Shown here: positions 54,597 through 63,872 of the stretch, one piece after another
How the letters are laid out: every line of letters begins with the position of its first letter
How positions within the stretch are numbered: the first letter of the stretch is position 1
Virus record (IMG/VR): IMGVR_UViG_3300028558_000016
Coordinates: 418,157 to 482,156 of that record
Length of the DNA stretch: 64,000 nt
Strand: one strand, 5' to 3'
Notes under the pieces: generated by a model
Told to the model about the DNA's origin: nothing
The model's database searches: none
The model's input: only the letters and a program-made list of their open reading frames with translations
Position numbers and translations under genes: made by a program

Positions 54597-56411
54597 TTAT
54601 TGCATTAATCCTCTCAAAAATCCCATATCAAACCCATCGTCACTTCCACCGACATCTCCGGCCTTAAGTTTTTCCGCAATTGCTTTTTTGTACTTATCTT
54701 CGAGCGTATCGTATATATCCTCTACCATCTCGAAATATTGACTTGACGTGAAAAAAGAACTCATGTTCACAATGGTCATTGCAATATCATCGTGTCCAAT
54801 CTGTGAAGAGTATGAGCCACGCTTGTTTATGCCAAACGAAGTGAGCTCGTTGAACGTTATTTTCTCGTTGGGAATTATTTTTCCACCCTTAACGAGCCTT
54901 CTCATTTCCATGCAATACTGAAGCTTGTTCTTAGGATTAAGTTTTAATCCTGGTCGTAACTGCTTTGCATTTTCAGAATGTTTGGTATGTATGAATATGT
55001 CATCATAAAATTCCTTATGCCTTGACATTCTCTCAAACACGAGATTTCCTTTGAAATCCATCTCAAGAACTATCCTAACGTTGTCAGAATCGAAGGTCCT
55101 ATATAAGAGAGTCTCTATTATAGGAACAAGAATTTCCAAATCAGTTGAATTGCTTCTGTACATTCCTATTTGTAATAGACTAAAGAAATCACTTTCGTCC
55201 GTGAATGATGTTGCTTTTTCAACTGCAAACAATGGCATTGGAATCATTTTAAAAATGTTTACGACTGAGAAGTCGCTTTTTCCACCACCACCACCAGCAG
55301 TATCCACAGCAAACACGAACTTATCGGTTGGTCTCACGTTCTCAAAAGAGAATTTAGGATGCCATCTCAATCCGTCATAGTCTAATCCAACGTCTCCAAG
55401 ATCCTCTATTTCTCTCCATTCATATTCAACAGTCAAACTTTTTGTTTGAGCAAGTGTTCTTGAGTCGAGAAGCAATTTGGACGACGCAAGAAATTGACAG
55501 CCAAACTCTTGGTTGAAATCTTCTTCCGATCCGAGGTTGGAAATTTCTTTTAATCTCCATGCTTCATCTCTTCCTGGAACCTGCCACCAGTCAACTCTTA
55601 TCGCTCTGAATTCATTATGACCTTCAAGGGCTCCAAGATAAATCTCGTAGAATTTGTTTTGTCCATTAGGCGTCGACGTTATTACACAACGTGAGATCTT
55701 CGATGAAGAAAGCGTTGGATAAACAGACCTCCAAAACGGATCGATGAAGTTTGCATGTATGTGAGCAAACTCATCACAGTATAAGAAGTGGACCGCGAAA
55801 CCGATTGCGGCAGTCTTTGTGGTGTTTCTACCAAATAACCTGCAACCGTTGTCAAACTTCATTGTCATTTGATTATTAACTATAACACCAGGCTTCAAGA
55901 AGAATGGAAGATTTGATAAAATTACTTTTATCTTGTCTATGATCTCTATTGTTGTTGCTCCTGTATTTGACAGGATCATTAAGTTCTTGTCTGTATTAAA
56001 CAGAAGGTACCATGTCAAGAATATTCCTGTAACAATTGTTTTACCAACCTGTCTTGGTGACACGAAGGCACAGAACCTGTTTTCTTGAAATTCTCTTAGG
56101 ATGTCTTCTTGATAATCTCTTAGTTGAATGTTTGCAATTCCATCATCGGTCATTGCGAACACATATTTATTAGCGAAGTAAATTACGTCTCGAGAACATT
56201 TCTCGATTTCCTGTAATTCTTCTGGAGTGTATTCAAACACTATGTTAGCGGCCTTCCACTCAGGTTTACCGTCCCAGAACGGGGTCTCATACGGTTCTAT
56301 TCCTGATTCAAGCTGATTGAGTAATTCTTCTACTCGCTCTGACGTCCAAACGAGAGATTCCTTGGAGTCTTTTGAAGGTGCCGCAGGTTTATTAAATTTT
56401 TTATCTGCCAT
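54597..56411 (-). CDS. gp17: Terminase large subunit (T4 gp17-like)
   Basis: SPRQVGKT Walker A, LYCDEFAH Walker B, ITSTPNG, RNase-H-like FAVDTAGG..DFS and GHDD. Confidence 0.95.
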   Translation of the reverse strand: MADKKFNKPAAPSKDSKESLVWTSERVEELLNQLESGIEPYETPFWDGKPEWKAANIVFEYTPEELQEIEKCSRDVIYFANKYVFAMTDDGIANIQLRDYQEDILREFQENRFCAFVSPRQVGKTIVTGIFLTWYLLFNTDKNLMILSNTGATTIEIIDKIKVILSNLPFFLKPGVIVNNQMTMKFDNGCRLFGRNTTKTAAIGFAVHFLYCDEFAHIHANFIDPFWRSVYPTLSSSKISRCVITSTPNGQNKFYEIYLGALEGHNEFRAIRVDWWQVPGRDEAWRLKEISNLGSEEDFNQEFGCQFLASSKLLLDSRTLAQTKSLTVEYEWREIEDLGDVGLDYDGLRWHPKFSFENVRPTDKFVFAVDTAGGGGGKSDFSVVNIFKMIPMPLFAVEKATSFTDESDFFSLLQIGMYRSNSTDLEILVPIIETLLYRTFDSDNVRIVLEMDFKGNLVFERMSRHKEFYDDIFIHTKHSENAKQLRPGLKLNPKNKLQYCMEMRRLVKGGKIIPNEKITFNELTSFGINKRGSYSSQIGHDDIAMTIVNMSSFFTSSQYFEMVEDIYDTLEDKYKKAIAEKLKAGDVGGSDDGFDMGFLRGLMQ

Positions 56412-56472
56412 GCATTTATTTGATTAGTTACGAGATATATACCAAAAGAAGTCTAAAAGAAAGCAATTCAAC

Positions 56473-57180
56473 ATGAAGAGAATTAAATTGTTTGAAGCAT
56501 TCATCAACGAAACTGATGATCTCGATAAGGATTTTTACACTCCAAAAGATATGGAAGAATTCAAGAAGTTTCTTGTCGATGAAATGGGCGTTAAAGCTGA
56601 TCTCATAGACAAATGCATCATGAAGACAACCAAGGGACATTCAAGAGAAATCGGTCTCATGGCAATGTGGTTAAATCACAAAGCAACAGCTGAAGGAAAA
56701 GAAATCATCGAGAAATACATTCAAGATAAAATAGTTCCTAACTTTCCTGAACTCGCTTATTTAAAAGGAGAATCAGTTAAAGAATCCAATACTCTGTTTT
56801 CTTTAAAAGAAAACAAAGCAGAAGTAAAAGTTCCAGAATCAATCGATGGTGTTGCAGTTCAACAAGTAGGATTTTATGATTTCAAAAAAGCTGTCATCAA
56901 GAAAGAAGGAATAGTTCTTCTTGGAACAGGTGGTGATATTGCTGAATGGGTCAATGGAGTAACAAAGGTTCTCAATGATGAAGGAATCGCAAAAGGAACT
57001 ACAAAAGATCTTTGGTCTGAAATTTATGTCATGAAAACAACAGGTGGAAGATCTGACACTGCATTGGTATTCGCCGAAGGAGATCACATCAATGTTGGAA
57101 AGATGGCAATGTGGAGATTGAAATTCGGTGATTGCTCATGGATCAGCGATTATTTAGATAATTACGCAAAACAACACTAA
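56473..57180 (+). CDS. Motif-bearing two-domain protein
   Basis: Starts MKRIKLFEAFINE; GATATATA box upstream. Confidence 0.75.
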   Translation: MKRIKLFEAFINETDDLDKDFYTPKDMEEFKKFLVDEMGVKADLIDKCIMKTTKGHSREIGLMAMWLNHKATAEGKEIIEKYIQDKIVPNFPELAYLKGESVKESNTLFSLKENKAEVKVPESIDGVAVQQVGFYDFKKAVIKKEGIVLLGTGGDIAEWVNGVTKVLNDEGIAKGTTKDLWSEIYVMKTTGGRSDTALVFAEGDHINVGKMAMWRLKFGDCSWISDYLDNYAKQH

Positions 57181-57202
57181 TTAAAAAACAACACTAATTA
57201 AT

Positions 57203-57478
57203 ATGAACCACATTAAATTGTTTGAAGACTTTCAAGGTAAACCAGATGCTTTACAAGCATTCCTTATAAAAATCAATGCTTTGCCTGAAAATGTAATCAG
57301 AGATATAATGGGAGATGCTGAATATATTGACACTCCTGGAAATTACGATGAAGAAAAGAAAGACTACGATGACGTTGAAGACTACATGCAACAAAACATG
57401 GGAACTGAATCGTATAAAAAATTGATTGATTGGTATCACGAAAACCCGGACAAGGTAGAGAAAATCATGTCCAAGTAA
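57203..57478 (+). CDS. Motif-bearing small protein
   Basis: Starts MNHIKLFEDF. Confidence 0.75.
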   Translation: MNHIKLFEDFQGKPDALQAFLIKINALPENVIRDIMGDAEYIDTPGNYDEEKKDYDDVEDYMQQNMGTESYKKLIDWYHENPDKVEKIMSK

Positions 57479-57507
57479 ATATATACATAAATTAACCCAA
57501 ACACAAG

Positions 57508-57810
57508 ATGAATATCTTCGACATCAAACAAAGAAAGACTATGTCTTTCGAAGAATGGATGAAAAACCGTAAGGTTGCTGAAAAAGGTAGCCAAACCGAA
57601 AAAGGTGCAGCTGAAATCACCAAAGATGGTGGAGCTTTAAATCCTGAAAAAGGAAAAGCAGGTTATGACAATGCAATGGATGCTGAAAAAGCAGACCTTG
57701 ACAAAGCAAAACACGCTGCAACAAAAGCTACTTACGACGGACCAGCTAAAGGTGAAGCAGGTTACGACAACGCAATGGATGATCCTAAGACGATCAACAT
57801 CAAGAAGTAA
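57508..57810 (+). CDS. Low-complexity protein with AGYDNAMD repeat
   Basis: KGKAGYDNAMD and KGEAGYDNAMD; N-terminus paralogous to the next gene. Confidence 0.7.
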   Translation: MNIFDIKQRKTMSFEEWMKNRKVAEKGSQTEKGAAEITKDGGALNPEKGKAGYDNAMDAEKADLDKAKHAATKATYDGPAKGEAGYDNAMDDPKTINIKK

Positions 57811-57844
57811 TTTCAAATTTTCTAAAAAGTAATTCCTAACTCAC

Positions 57845-58261
57845 ATGAACACGTTTGATGTAAGCAAGAGATGTATCTGGACCTATGAGGAATTCCTCAA
57901 AGACAGAAAAAAAGCTGCCGATGCAGATCACACCGAAAAAGGTGAAAATGACATTGTGAAAAAATCAATGGGCGGCGAAGTTGAAGGCAAGAAAGGTTAT
58001 GCAACTCTTTCTGAAAAACACATCAAACCTTTCGAGAACTTTTTGAATGAGAAGGAATTTTCAAAAGAGAAAAGAGAAAAACTCGCAGATAAAGGTGAAG
58101 CAATGAAAGACGGATCTTTTCCTATTGAATCTCCAGAAGATTTAAGAAATGCCATCAAGGCAGCAGGAAGAGCTAAGGACAAAGAAGCAGCTCACAAGCA
58201 CATCAAGAAGAGAGCTAAAGAACTTCAGATGGGTCACCTAATTCCAAAAGATTGGAAATAA
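57845..58261 (+). CDS. Protein with an internal motif copy and a C-terminal phage head-associated-type domain
   Basis: Internal KHIKPFENFLNE; REKLADKGEAMKDGSFPIESPEDLRNAIKAAGRAKD. Confidence 0.7.
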   Translation: MNTFDVSKRCIWTYEEFLKDRKKAADADHTEKGENDIVKKSMGGEVEGKKGYATLSEKHIKPFENFLNEKEFSKEKREKLADKGEAMKDGSFPIESPEDLRNAIKAAGRAKDKEAAHKHIKKRAKELQMGHLIPKDWK

Positions 58262-58656
58262 TGAAACACTTAAAACTTTTCGAAGGATTCTTAAATGAAT
58301 CATCTTACACAGACTTCTTAATGAAGCGCAGTGATGAGATCAAAGAAGCTATCAAAAAGCTTTCTATTTTAGGAAAACATTTTGGCGATGTAACTGGAAA
58401 CATTGACGGCTTAGATGACGATACAGTTAATAAGTTAATGGATAAACTTAAAGTATACGATTCAAATGTTCCACAACAAATAGAACATTGGGTCGCTTTA
58501 TCAAAACACCATCCAGTAGATGCTGACACGATTGCTAAATTTGCATTGGATAACATGAACAGATATGGAACAGAAATGCAAATGGTTCTATATGCTATAG
58601 ACGATTACTTTGATATTATTGATAGAAAATATAACATAAGTCCAGAAGAGGAATAA
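58261..58656 (+). CDS. Motif-bearing small protein
   Basis: Starts MKHLKLFEGFLNE. Confidence 0.75.
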   Translation: MKHLKLFEGFLNESSYTDFLMKRSDEIKEAIKKLSILGKHFGDVTGNIDGLDDDTVNKLMDKLKVYDSNVPQQIEHWVALSKHHPVDADTIAKFALDNMNRYGTEMQMVLYAIDDYFDIIDRKYNISPEEE

Positions 58657-58667
58657 TCTAACCCGCC

Positions 58668-60809
58668 ATGAACAAAAATCAATTCTTTGCAAAATTTCAA
58701 AATCTAAATCTAAGACGTGAAGAATTAGAAAGACAATGGAAAGTGCATCTCGAAGAACAAGAAGAGATGAATAGAAGATGGCAGATGTTACGTGAAGCTG
58801 AAGATGCTGAAGGTAAACAAAATTCATCGACAACTACAACTACATCTAATTCTTCGTCTTCTGCTGCATCAGCGGGTTCAGGTGGAGCTGGCGGTGGCGG
58901 AGGTAGTATAGTTATTTTGGAAGACGAAACATTTTTAGAATTTTTTAAGATAGATGGTTCTGATACTTGGAAATACTTCTTGATGAATGTTTCAGGAATC
59001 AAATCAGAACTTTTAGATAGCGGGATCTCCGCAGATTGGAGCATTGATTGGTATTTTCCTCCGGTTCAAAAGAAAGGTTATGCAGCCGTTTTTCGCGGTC
59101 CAGACACATACACTTTCATCATGATCAACACTGATGGTACTTTATTGGGATCATTTACTACGGAAACAAACTGGTGGAATGGCGATGATTTAGACGGAAG
59201 AGCAATTGCATTTTATTATACAATAGGTTCAGATTATAACTTCATTTATTATGATGGAGAAAATTATAGACAAACTTTGTTCACTGGAAGTTTTTCAACA
59301 GGAAATATACAAAATTTTAATATAGGTACAGACTGGGATTACACGACAATAGACAATAAAACATTGGTTACCATTGAATATTCTAATGGAGATCAAAGCT
59401 ACAGAATACTTGATATACACGGCAACAACGAATTTTATTACTTGGTAAGTGGAAATATACGTGCTTCAGTTGCCTTTTACTCATTTGGAAATTTTATTTT
59501 ATTATTTCTTTATGATAACAACACTAACCAATACACCAGATTACAGCTATATAATACAAGCGGAATTCTTCTCAGCGTAGACATTGATTTAACTGCTGTA
59601 AATATTTTTGACAATTTAGATTATAATTTTTACGGAACAAATAAACTCCAAGCCATATTTTCAAATAGTGGAAATAATGCCATTGATTATTACATAGTAA
59701 ATTACAATGGCACAACAACTAATGCAATAATAACTTCACAAATAAGAGGACCGTTCGTTTCGATTATTACTCAGACTGAAAATAAATATCCATTCAATAA
59801 TTTATCTTTTGATCCAGAAGGAATATTAAACACATTTTACAGTTGGGATGGATATGATGGTTTTATAAGAACAGGATATGCCAAATTTACATTTTTGTTT
59901 GAAGGTGATTCTGCGTATGGAGAATATTTGTTTACAAATTCAGGAGTTCCTGATAAAGGCGTTATTCCTTGGATTCAAAGTTCAACATCTGATTCAGCTG
60001 GTGTAATAGTTGACGGTCTTAACGGAAGCCTAACTAATCTTTTATTTTTTCCAGGAGGTTCTACATCTTCAATTCCGTTAGCGTTAACGTCTGACATGGA
60101 CAGCATAAACAATTTTTCTTATTCTAACTGTGGAAGTAAAAAGCTTTTTTCCTATCCAGTAACTGGGTCAACCGGAACAAGATGGAAATTGTATTCAGCG
60201 GTTGGTTCTCTCTTGGGTTCTATTTTTACAACCACCAATTCATATTCAGATACGAGATATAATTCATTTTATGTAAGACAGTATGACAGTGGGAATGAGA
60301 GATTTTGGTATTTTAATAATTCAGTAACTTCATTCACTGAAATATCTCCAGCTTTTGTTATTGATAATGTTTATCAACCTTTTTACGAGATTCCAGATAA
60401 CATTGATAAGGGTCCTTTTTTATTCTTTAATATTGCAACTCCATGCGCAAGAATTCTTTCAATTGATAACACTCCTGGAACTTTGGATCTTCCACCAACA
60501 TCTAATGATTATAGAATAGGACTTGCTATCGAAAATTTCTTTTATGTTTACCAAGACATTGATAGCAAAGTAATAATAAATCTTTATGATTTAGCAGGAA
60601 CACTTTTGAACACAATATCAACTGAATTTACTTCTGTAGCTTCTCTTAACGATTATATCTCAGTTGAACATAGATTTGTATTCGTATTTGTGGAAGGTTC
60701 AACATACACTACTTACATGATGACTCCAACTTCAGTTGAAACGGATGTTACAACGGATGTATTAGATCGAGGAAGAATGGTTAACGACTTTGCTTATTAC
60801 GATGATTAA
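58668..60809 (+). CDS. Large beta-rich protein, possibly virion-associated
   Basis: Helical N-terminus, S/T/G linker, then about 600 aa rich in N/S/T/Y/F. Confidence 0.7.
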   Translation: MNKNQFFAKFQNLNLRREELERQWKVHLEEQEEMNRRWQMLREAEDAEGKQNSSTTTTTSNSSSSAASAGSGGAGGGGGSIVILEDETFLEFFKIDGSDTWKYFLMNVSGIKSELLDSGISADWSIDWYFPPVQKKGYAAVFRGPDTYTFIMINTDGTLLGSFTTETNWWNGDDLDGRAIAFYYTIGSDYNFIYYDGENYRQTLFTGSFSTGNIQNFNIGTDWDYTTIDNKTLVTIEYSNGDQSYRILDIHGNNEFYYLVSGNIRASVAFYSFGNFILLFLYDNNTNQYTRLQLYNTSGILLSVDIDLTAVNIFDNLDYNFYGTNKLQAIFSNSGNNAIDYYIVNYNGTTTNAIITSQIRGPFVSIITQTENKYPFNNLSFDPEGILNTFYSWDGYDGFIRTGYAKFTFLFEGDSAYGEYLFTNSGVPDKGVIPWIQSSTSDSAGVIVDGLNGSLTNLLFFPGGSTSSIPLALTSDMDSINNFSYSNCGSKKLFSYPVTGSTGTRWKLYSAVGSLLGSIFTTTNSYSDTRYNSFYVRQYDSGNERFWYFNNSVTSFTEISPAFVIDNVYQPFYEIPDNIDKGPFLFFNIATPCARILSIDNTPGTLDLPPTSNDYRIGLAIENFFYVYQDIDSKVIINLYDLAGTLLNTISTEFTSVASLNDYISVEHRFVFVFVEGSTYTTYMMTPTSVETDVTTDVLDRGRMVNDFAYYDD

Positions 60810-60827
60810 TCTCACAATATATAGTAA

Positions 60828-61118
60828 ATGAAATACATAATAAATGCAGACTGTTATCTTGTAGATAATGATGGAAATATTTCTAATCTGACTAATCCTA
60901 CATTTGATGTTAATTTTGGAAGTAGCACAGATGCTTCTTTAATAAAAACAGAAATAAAGAAGAGACTCGTCGCTACATTTCCATATATTAAAATCAAAGA
61001 AAGTTTAAAAAACAGAGAAGATAAAGAAGTAGCCGGAGCTGTTTCGGAAAACAGTTTATACTACGAATTATATGTAGGAAAAACTGGAACAGAAGTAATT
61101 AAAGATAAAACAAAGTAA
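60828..61118 (+). CDS. Hypothetical protein
   Basis: 96-aa ORF after an AATATATA box. Confidence 0.6.
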   Translation: MKYIINADCYLVDNDGNISNLTNPTFDVNFGSSTDASLIKTEIKKRLVATFPYIKIKESLKNREDKEVAGAVSENSLYYELYVGKTGTEVIKDKTK

Positions 61119-61120
61119 TC

Positions 61121-61474
61121 ATGATAAAGAAATTCAATGATTTTAAATTAGACGAAGCAGCTGACGTAAATTGGAGAGCTGAAAATGGCGCCAACACTTT
61201 TACATTTGAATATCCTGCGAAAGAAGGCAGCTTAATAAATCAATTCGTTGATTTTGTTTACAACAACCCAGGAAAAACAGTAAAGGATTTCTACAAATCT
61301 ATCAATAGAGAATACAGACCAGGAAACAACTCCTCCTTCTTTGCTGCAATAAACCAATCAGGAATAGTTGAATTGGTAACAGGAAAATATTACATTGGAC
61401 CTAATTTTGGTAAGTGGACACAAGGACTCTTAAAGAGAGACCGATCTCCAAGAAAATCAAATCTCGTACAATAA
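61121..61474 (+). CDS. Motif-bearing protein, possible winged helix
   Basis: Starts MIKKFNDFKLDE; FVYNNPGKTV..FFAAINQSGIVE..YYIG. Confidence 0.65.
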   Translation: MIKKFNDFKLDEAADVNWRAENGANTFTFEYPAKEGSLINQFVDFVYNNPGKTVKDFYKSINREYRPGNNSSFFAAINQSGIVELVTGKYYIGPNFGKWTQGLLKRDRSPRKSNLVQ

Positions 61475-61477
61475 TTC

Positions 61478-61508
61478 AATCCCTCCTTCCTGGAGGGATT
61501 TTTGTTTT
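61478..61508 (+). terminator. Rho-independent terminator
   Basis: aatccctcc/ggagggatt plus T tract. Confidence 0.85.
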
Positions 61509-61733
61509 ACATAATTCATGTTAAAACACTGATAATTATGTAACATTTTATGAACATTATGTAACAATTAACAACAAGAATGTTCGTAAATTTGTACACG
61601 ATTATACCCAATATGCTTACTAAAATACACATTTAAGTTGAACGGATGCATTAACCTGTTGAAACTCAATAAGTAACATTGCCGGCATAATTTTAACTAC
61701 GTAATCAATATAAACCAATAAATAAATAAAACC

Positions 61734-62135
61734 ATGAAAACCACGAGAACGTCAAACATCAGAAACAAAAAGAAAACAAAGAAAAACAGAGATTACTCTA
61801 AGTACCTATTCAAAGGTGAACAGTACGGTAAAGGAACTCTTGTTCATGCAGTAATCAGCGACTATGCTAAAGAGCATCCACGCACAACGGCTGAAAAACT
61901 GCAAAGCATCTTTCCAAGGAAAGTAATTCATTCAACATTTGAAGTTGTTGAAACAGTTAAGAAAGCAACAAAGGGACGTTTCTTCTTAAATCCCGATCTT
62001 CTAATTAAAACCGCAAACTCTAAAGTGGCTGTAACAAGTCAATGGAGCAAAAACAACATCGACTCATTCATCGATTTTGTGAAGAAAAACCTCCACATGC
62101 GGATACAGCACAGGTCATACAAAATGGCCGCTTAA
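61734..62135 (+). CDS. Basic-tailed protein, paralogue of the C-terminal domain of 15406..16413
   Basis: RDYSKYLFKGEQYGKGTLVHAVI..RFF..VAVTSQW. Confidence 0.75.
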   Translation: MKTTRTSNIRNKKKTKKNRDYSKYLFKGEQYGKGTLVHAVISDYAKEHPRTTAEKLQSIFPRKVIHSTFEVVETVKKATKGRFFLNPDLLIKTANSKVAVTSQWSKNNIDSFIDFVKKNLHMRIQHRSYKMAA

Positions 62136-62139
62136 AATT

Positions 62140-62172
62140 AAATCCCCTTCTAATTAGAAGGGGATTTTTTAT
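62140..62172 (+). terminator. Rho-independent terminator
   Basis: aaatccccttct/agaaggggattt plus T tract. Confidence 0.85.
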
Positions 62173-62216
62173 TTAACTAAACTTTACTAACTAAACTTTT
62201 AAAAAATGGAATAGAT

Positions 62217-62501
62217 ATGAACAAAATACAATCGGAAGAAAAAAGATTAATATTGACAATTGCTTTGAAACAAGAATTGATAAAGATCGATCCATCACAC
62301 TACGTGCCAATTGAAGAATGTTACATCAAACTTGATGATGCTAAAAAAGCCTGCCCATCTTATACCCCCACCGAAAAATTTCACTTTGATGTAGTAGAAC
62401 ACGGAAGAACTTCAAAAGTTCATTTCGTTAAATGTCATGATGTGTTGAATACGATAATAATGAAAAATAATCTAATGCACTACGATTGGTATAAATTATA
62501 A
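62217..62501 (+). CDS. Hypothetical protein
   Basis: 94-aa ORF. Confidence 0.55.
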   Translation: MNKIQSEEKRLILTIALKQELIKIDPSHYVPIEECYIKLDDAKKACPSYTPTEKFHFDVVEHGRTSKVHFVKCHDVLNTIIMKNNLMHYDWYKL

Positions 62502-63302
62502 TTAGAAATTATCTTCATCTATTTGAAAACCATTTTCATCCTCGAACTTATCGTGGACGTCATCAGCGGAATCCATTGGATTAGCAGGTCTGTTATGCGG
62601 ATCTGTTAATCTTGGTTTCGTTTCTTCCTCTTTGGTTTCTTCCTTTGCATCTTCTATTTTGCTCTTGATGGATAACATCAAACCCTTAGTTCCTCTTATC
62701 TTTAAAGAATCACCTTCACCAAGAGTTTTCATCTCATCTGGTTCATCTTTGCTTTTATCAAGACTCTTTTGATATTCAACTCTGTCATGATCATCTTTGA
62801 TCTTCTTGTAACCTTCTTCAAGAGTTATCATGTAAGCTGCTTGATGTTTTACAACAACCATCATTTGATTTTGTAATTGTGCAAGAACCTCAAATATCCT
62901 TGGGTGAATGTTTCCCATATCAATTTCTTCCATCAACTTAATGATGGCATGCTGTGTTGTCTTCAATGAGAATATGATGTTAGATAACGTCATCTCATCA
63001 ACTGCCTTCTTGTACTTAAGGTAATCGTTTTTCTTTATGATCTTAGCATCGAGGTAGAAGTCTATAACACTCTTCAAGAGTTTTTTAGATTCTCCTTCAA
63101 TCTCGTCCTTGACGCTATAGAAGTCCATGTTCTTTGTTTGAGGATGTTGCACCTTAGCAAGAGGTCCTTGCTCTTCACCATTGGCGATAGGTTTATCTTC
63201 CTTCATGCTTTTCTCATTGATCTGTTCTCCTCCGAGAAGCATGTCTTCGAGCTGCTTTCTAATATTGTCTTGTGCAGCCTTTTCTTTTTTATCTTCAGCC
63301 AT
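62502..63302 (-). CDS. gp16: Terminase small subunit (T4 gp16-like)
   Basis: HPRIFEVLAQLQ helix and IRGTKGLM segment resemble gp16-family patterns. Confidence 0.6.
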   Translation of the reverse strand: MAEDKKEKAAQDNIRKQLEDMLLGGEQINEKSMKEDKPIANGEEQGPLAKVQHPQTKNMDFYSVKDEIEGESKKLLKSVIDFYLDAKIIKKNDYLKYKKAVDEMTLSNIIFSLKTTQHAIIKLMEEIDMGNIHPRIFEVLAQLQNQMMVVVKHQAAYMITLEEGYKKIKDDHDRVEYQKSLDKSKDEPDEMKTLGEGDSLKIRGTKGLMLSIKSKIEDAKEETKEEETKPRLTDPHNRPANPMDSADDVHDKFEDENGFQIDEDNF

Positions 63303-63819
63303 TTAATTCTATTTGTGTTTTTTCTCCATTCGGCATTGAATACGTTGCATCAGTTAGAAGCATGCTAAGAGGAAAATCAACTTGAAGTCCCTCATACTTC
63401 TTTGCAGCACCCTTTTTGACGTATGAAATAGTCGTATGCGGTCTGTAATTTGGAAATGTTTCTTCATTTGGCAATACTGAAAGAGCAAGATTCATCTTTG
63501 CGAGATCTTCGCTCTCAACAGTTATCATCACAATGTCGAAATCCGGATGGTCTTCGAAAATACCAATGCTTCCAAAATTTGCTTTTGGTGGTGAGAATGT
63601 ATTTAAAATTTCTGATACGTCTTCGGGTTTAACGAAGGAATAGAAACCATAAAGGACTGTTACGTGTGGTTCGTCTTCAATTCCATGATCTTCATCAATG
63701 TCATAGACATCTTCTGGTTTGATTATCGAACAGACTTCGTCCCACTGTGGAACTTCCATCTTCATCATAACGCATCCTCGTTTTCTCACTTTGAAATCTT
63801 TGAATGTTTCAATTGCCAT
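63295..63819 (-). CDS. 2H phosphoesterase (2'-5' RNA ligase/cyclic phosphodiesterase family)
   Basis: Two HxT motifs: PHVTVLYG and PHTTISY. Confidence 0.9.
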   Translation of the reverse strand: MAIETFKDFKVRKRGCVMMKMEVPQWDEVCSIIKPEDVYDIDEDHGIEDEPHVTVLYGFYSFVKPEDVSEILNTFSPPKANFGSIGIFEDHPDFDIVMITVESEDLAKMNLALSVLPNEETFPNYRPHTTISYVKKGAAKKYEGLQVDFPLSMLLTDATYSMPNGEKTQIELNG

Positions 63820-63842
63820 CTATTCTATATATCTCCATAAAC

Positions 63843-63872
63843 AAAAAGAGGGCAAGTTTTAATTGCCCTCTT
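63843..63872 (-). terminator. Probable terminator
   Basis: aagagggcaa/ttgccctctt stem with a U tract on the - strand. Confidence 0.65.
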
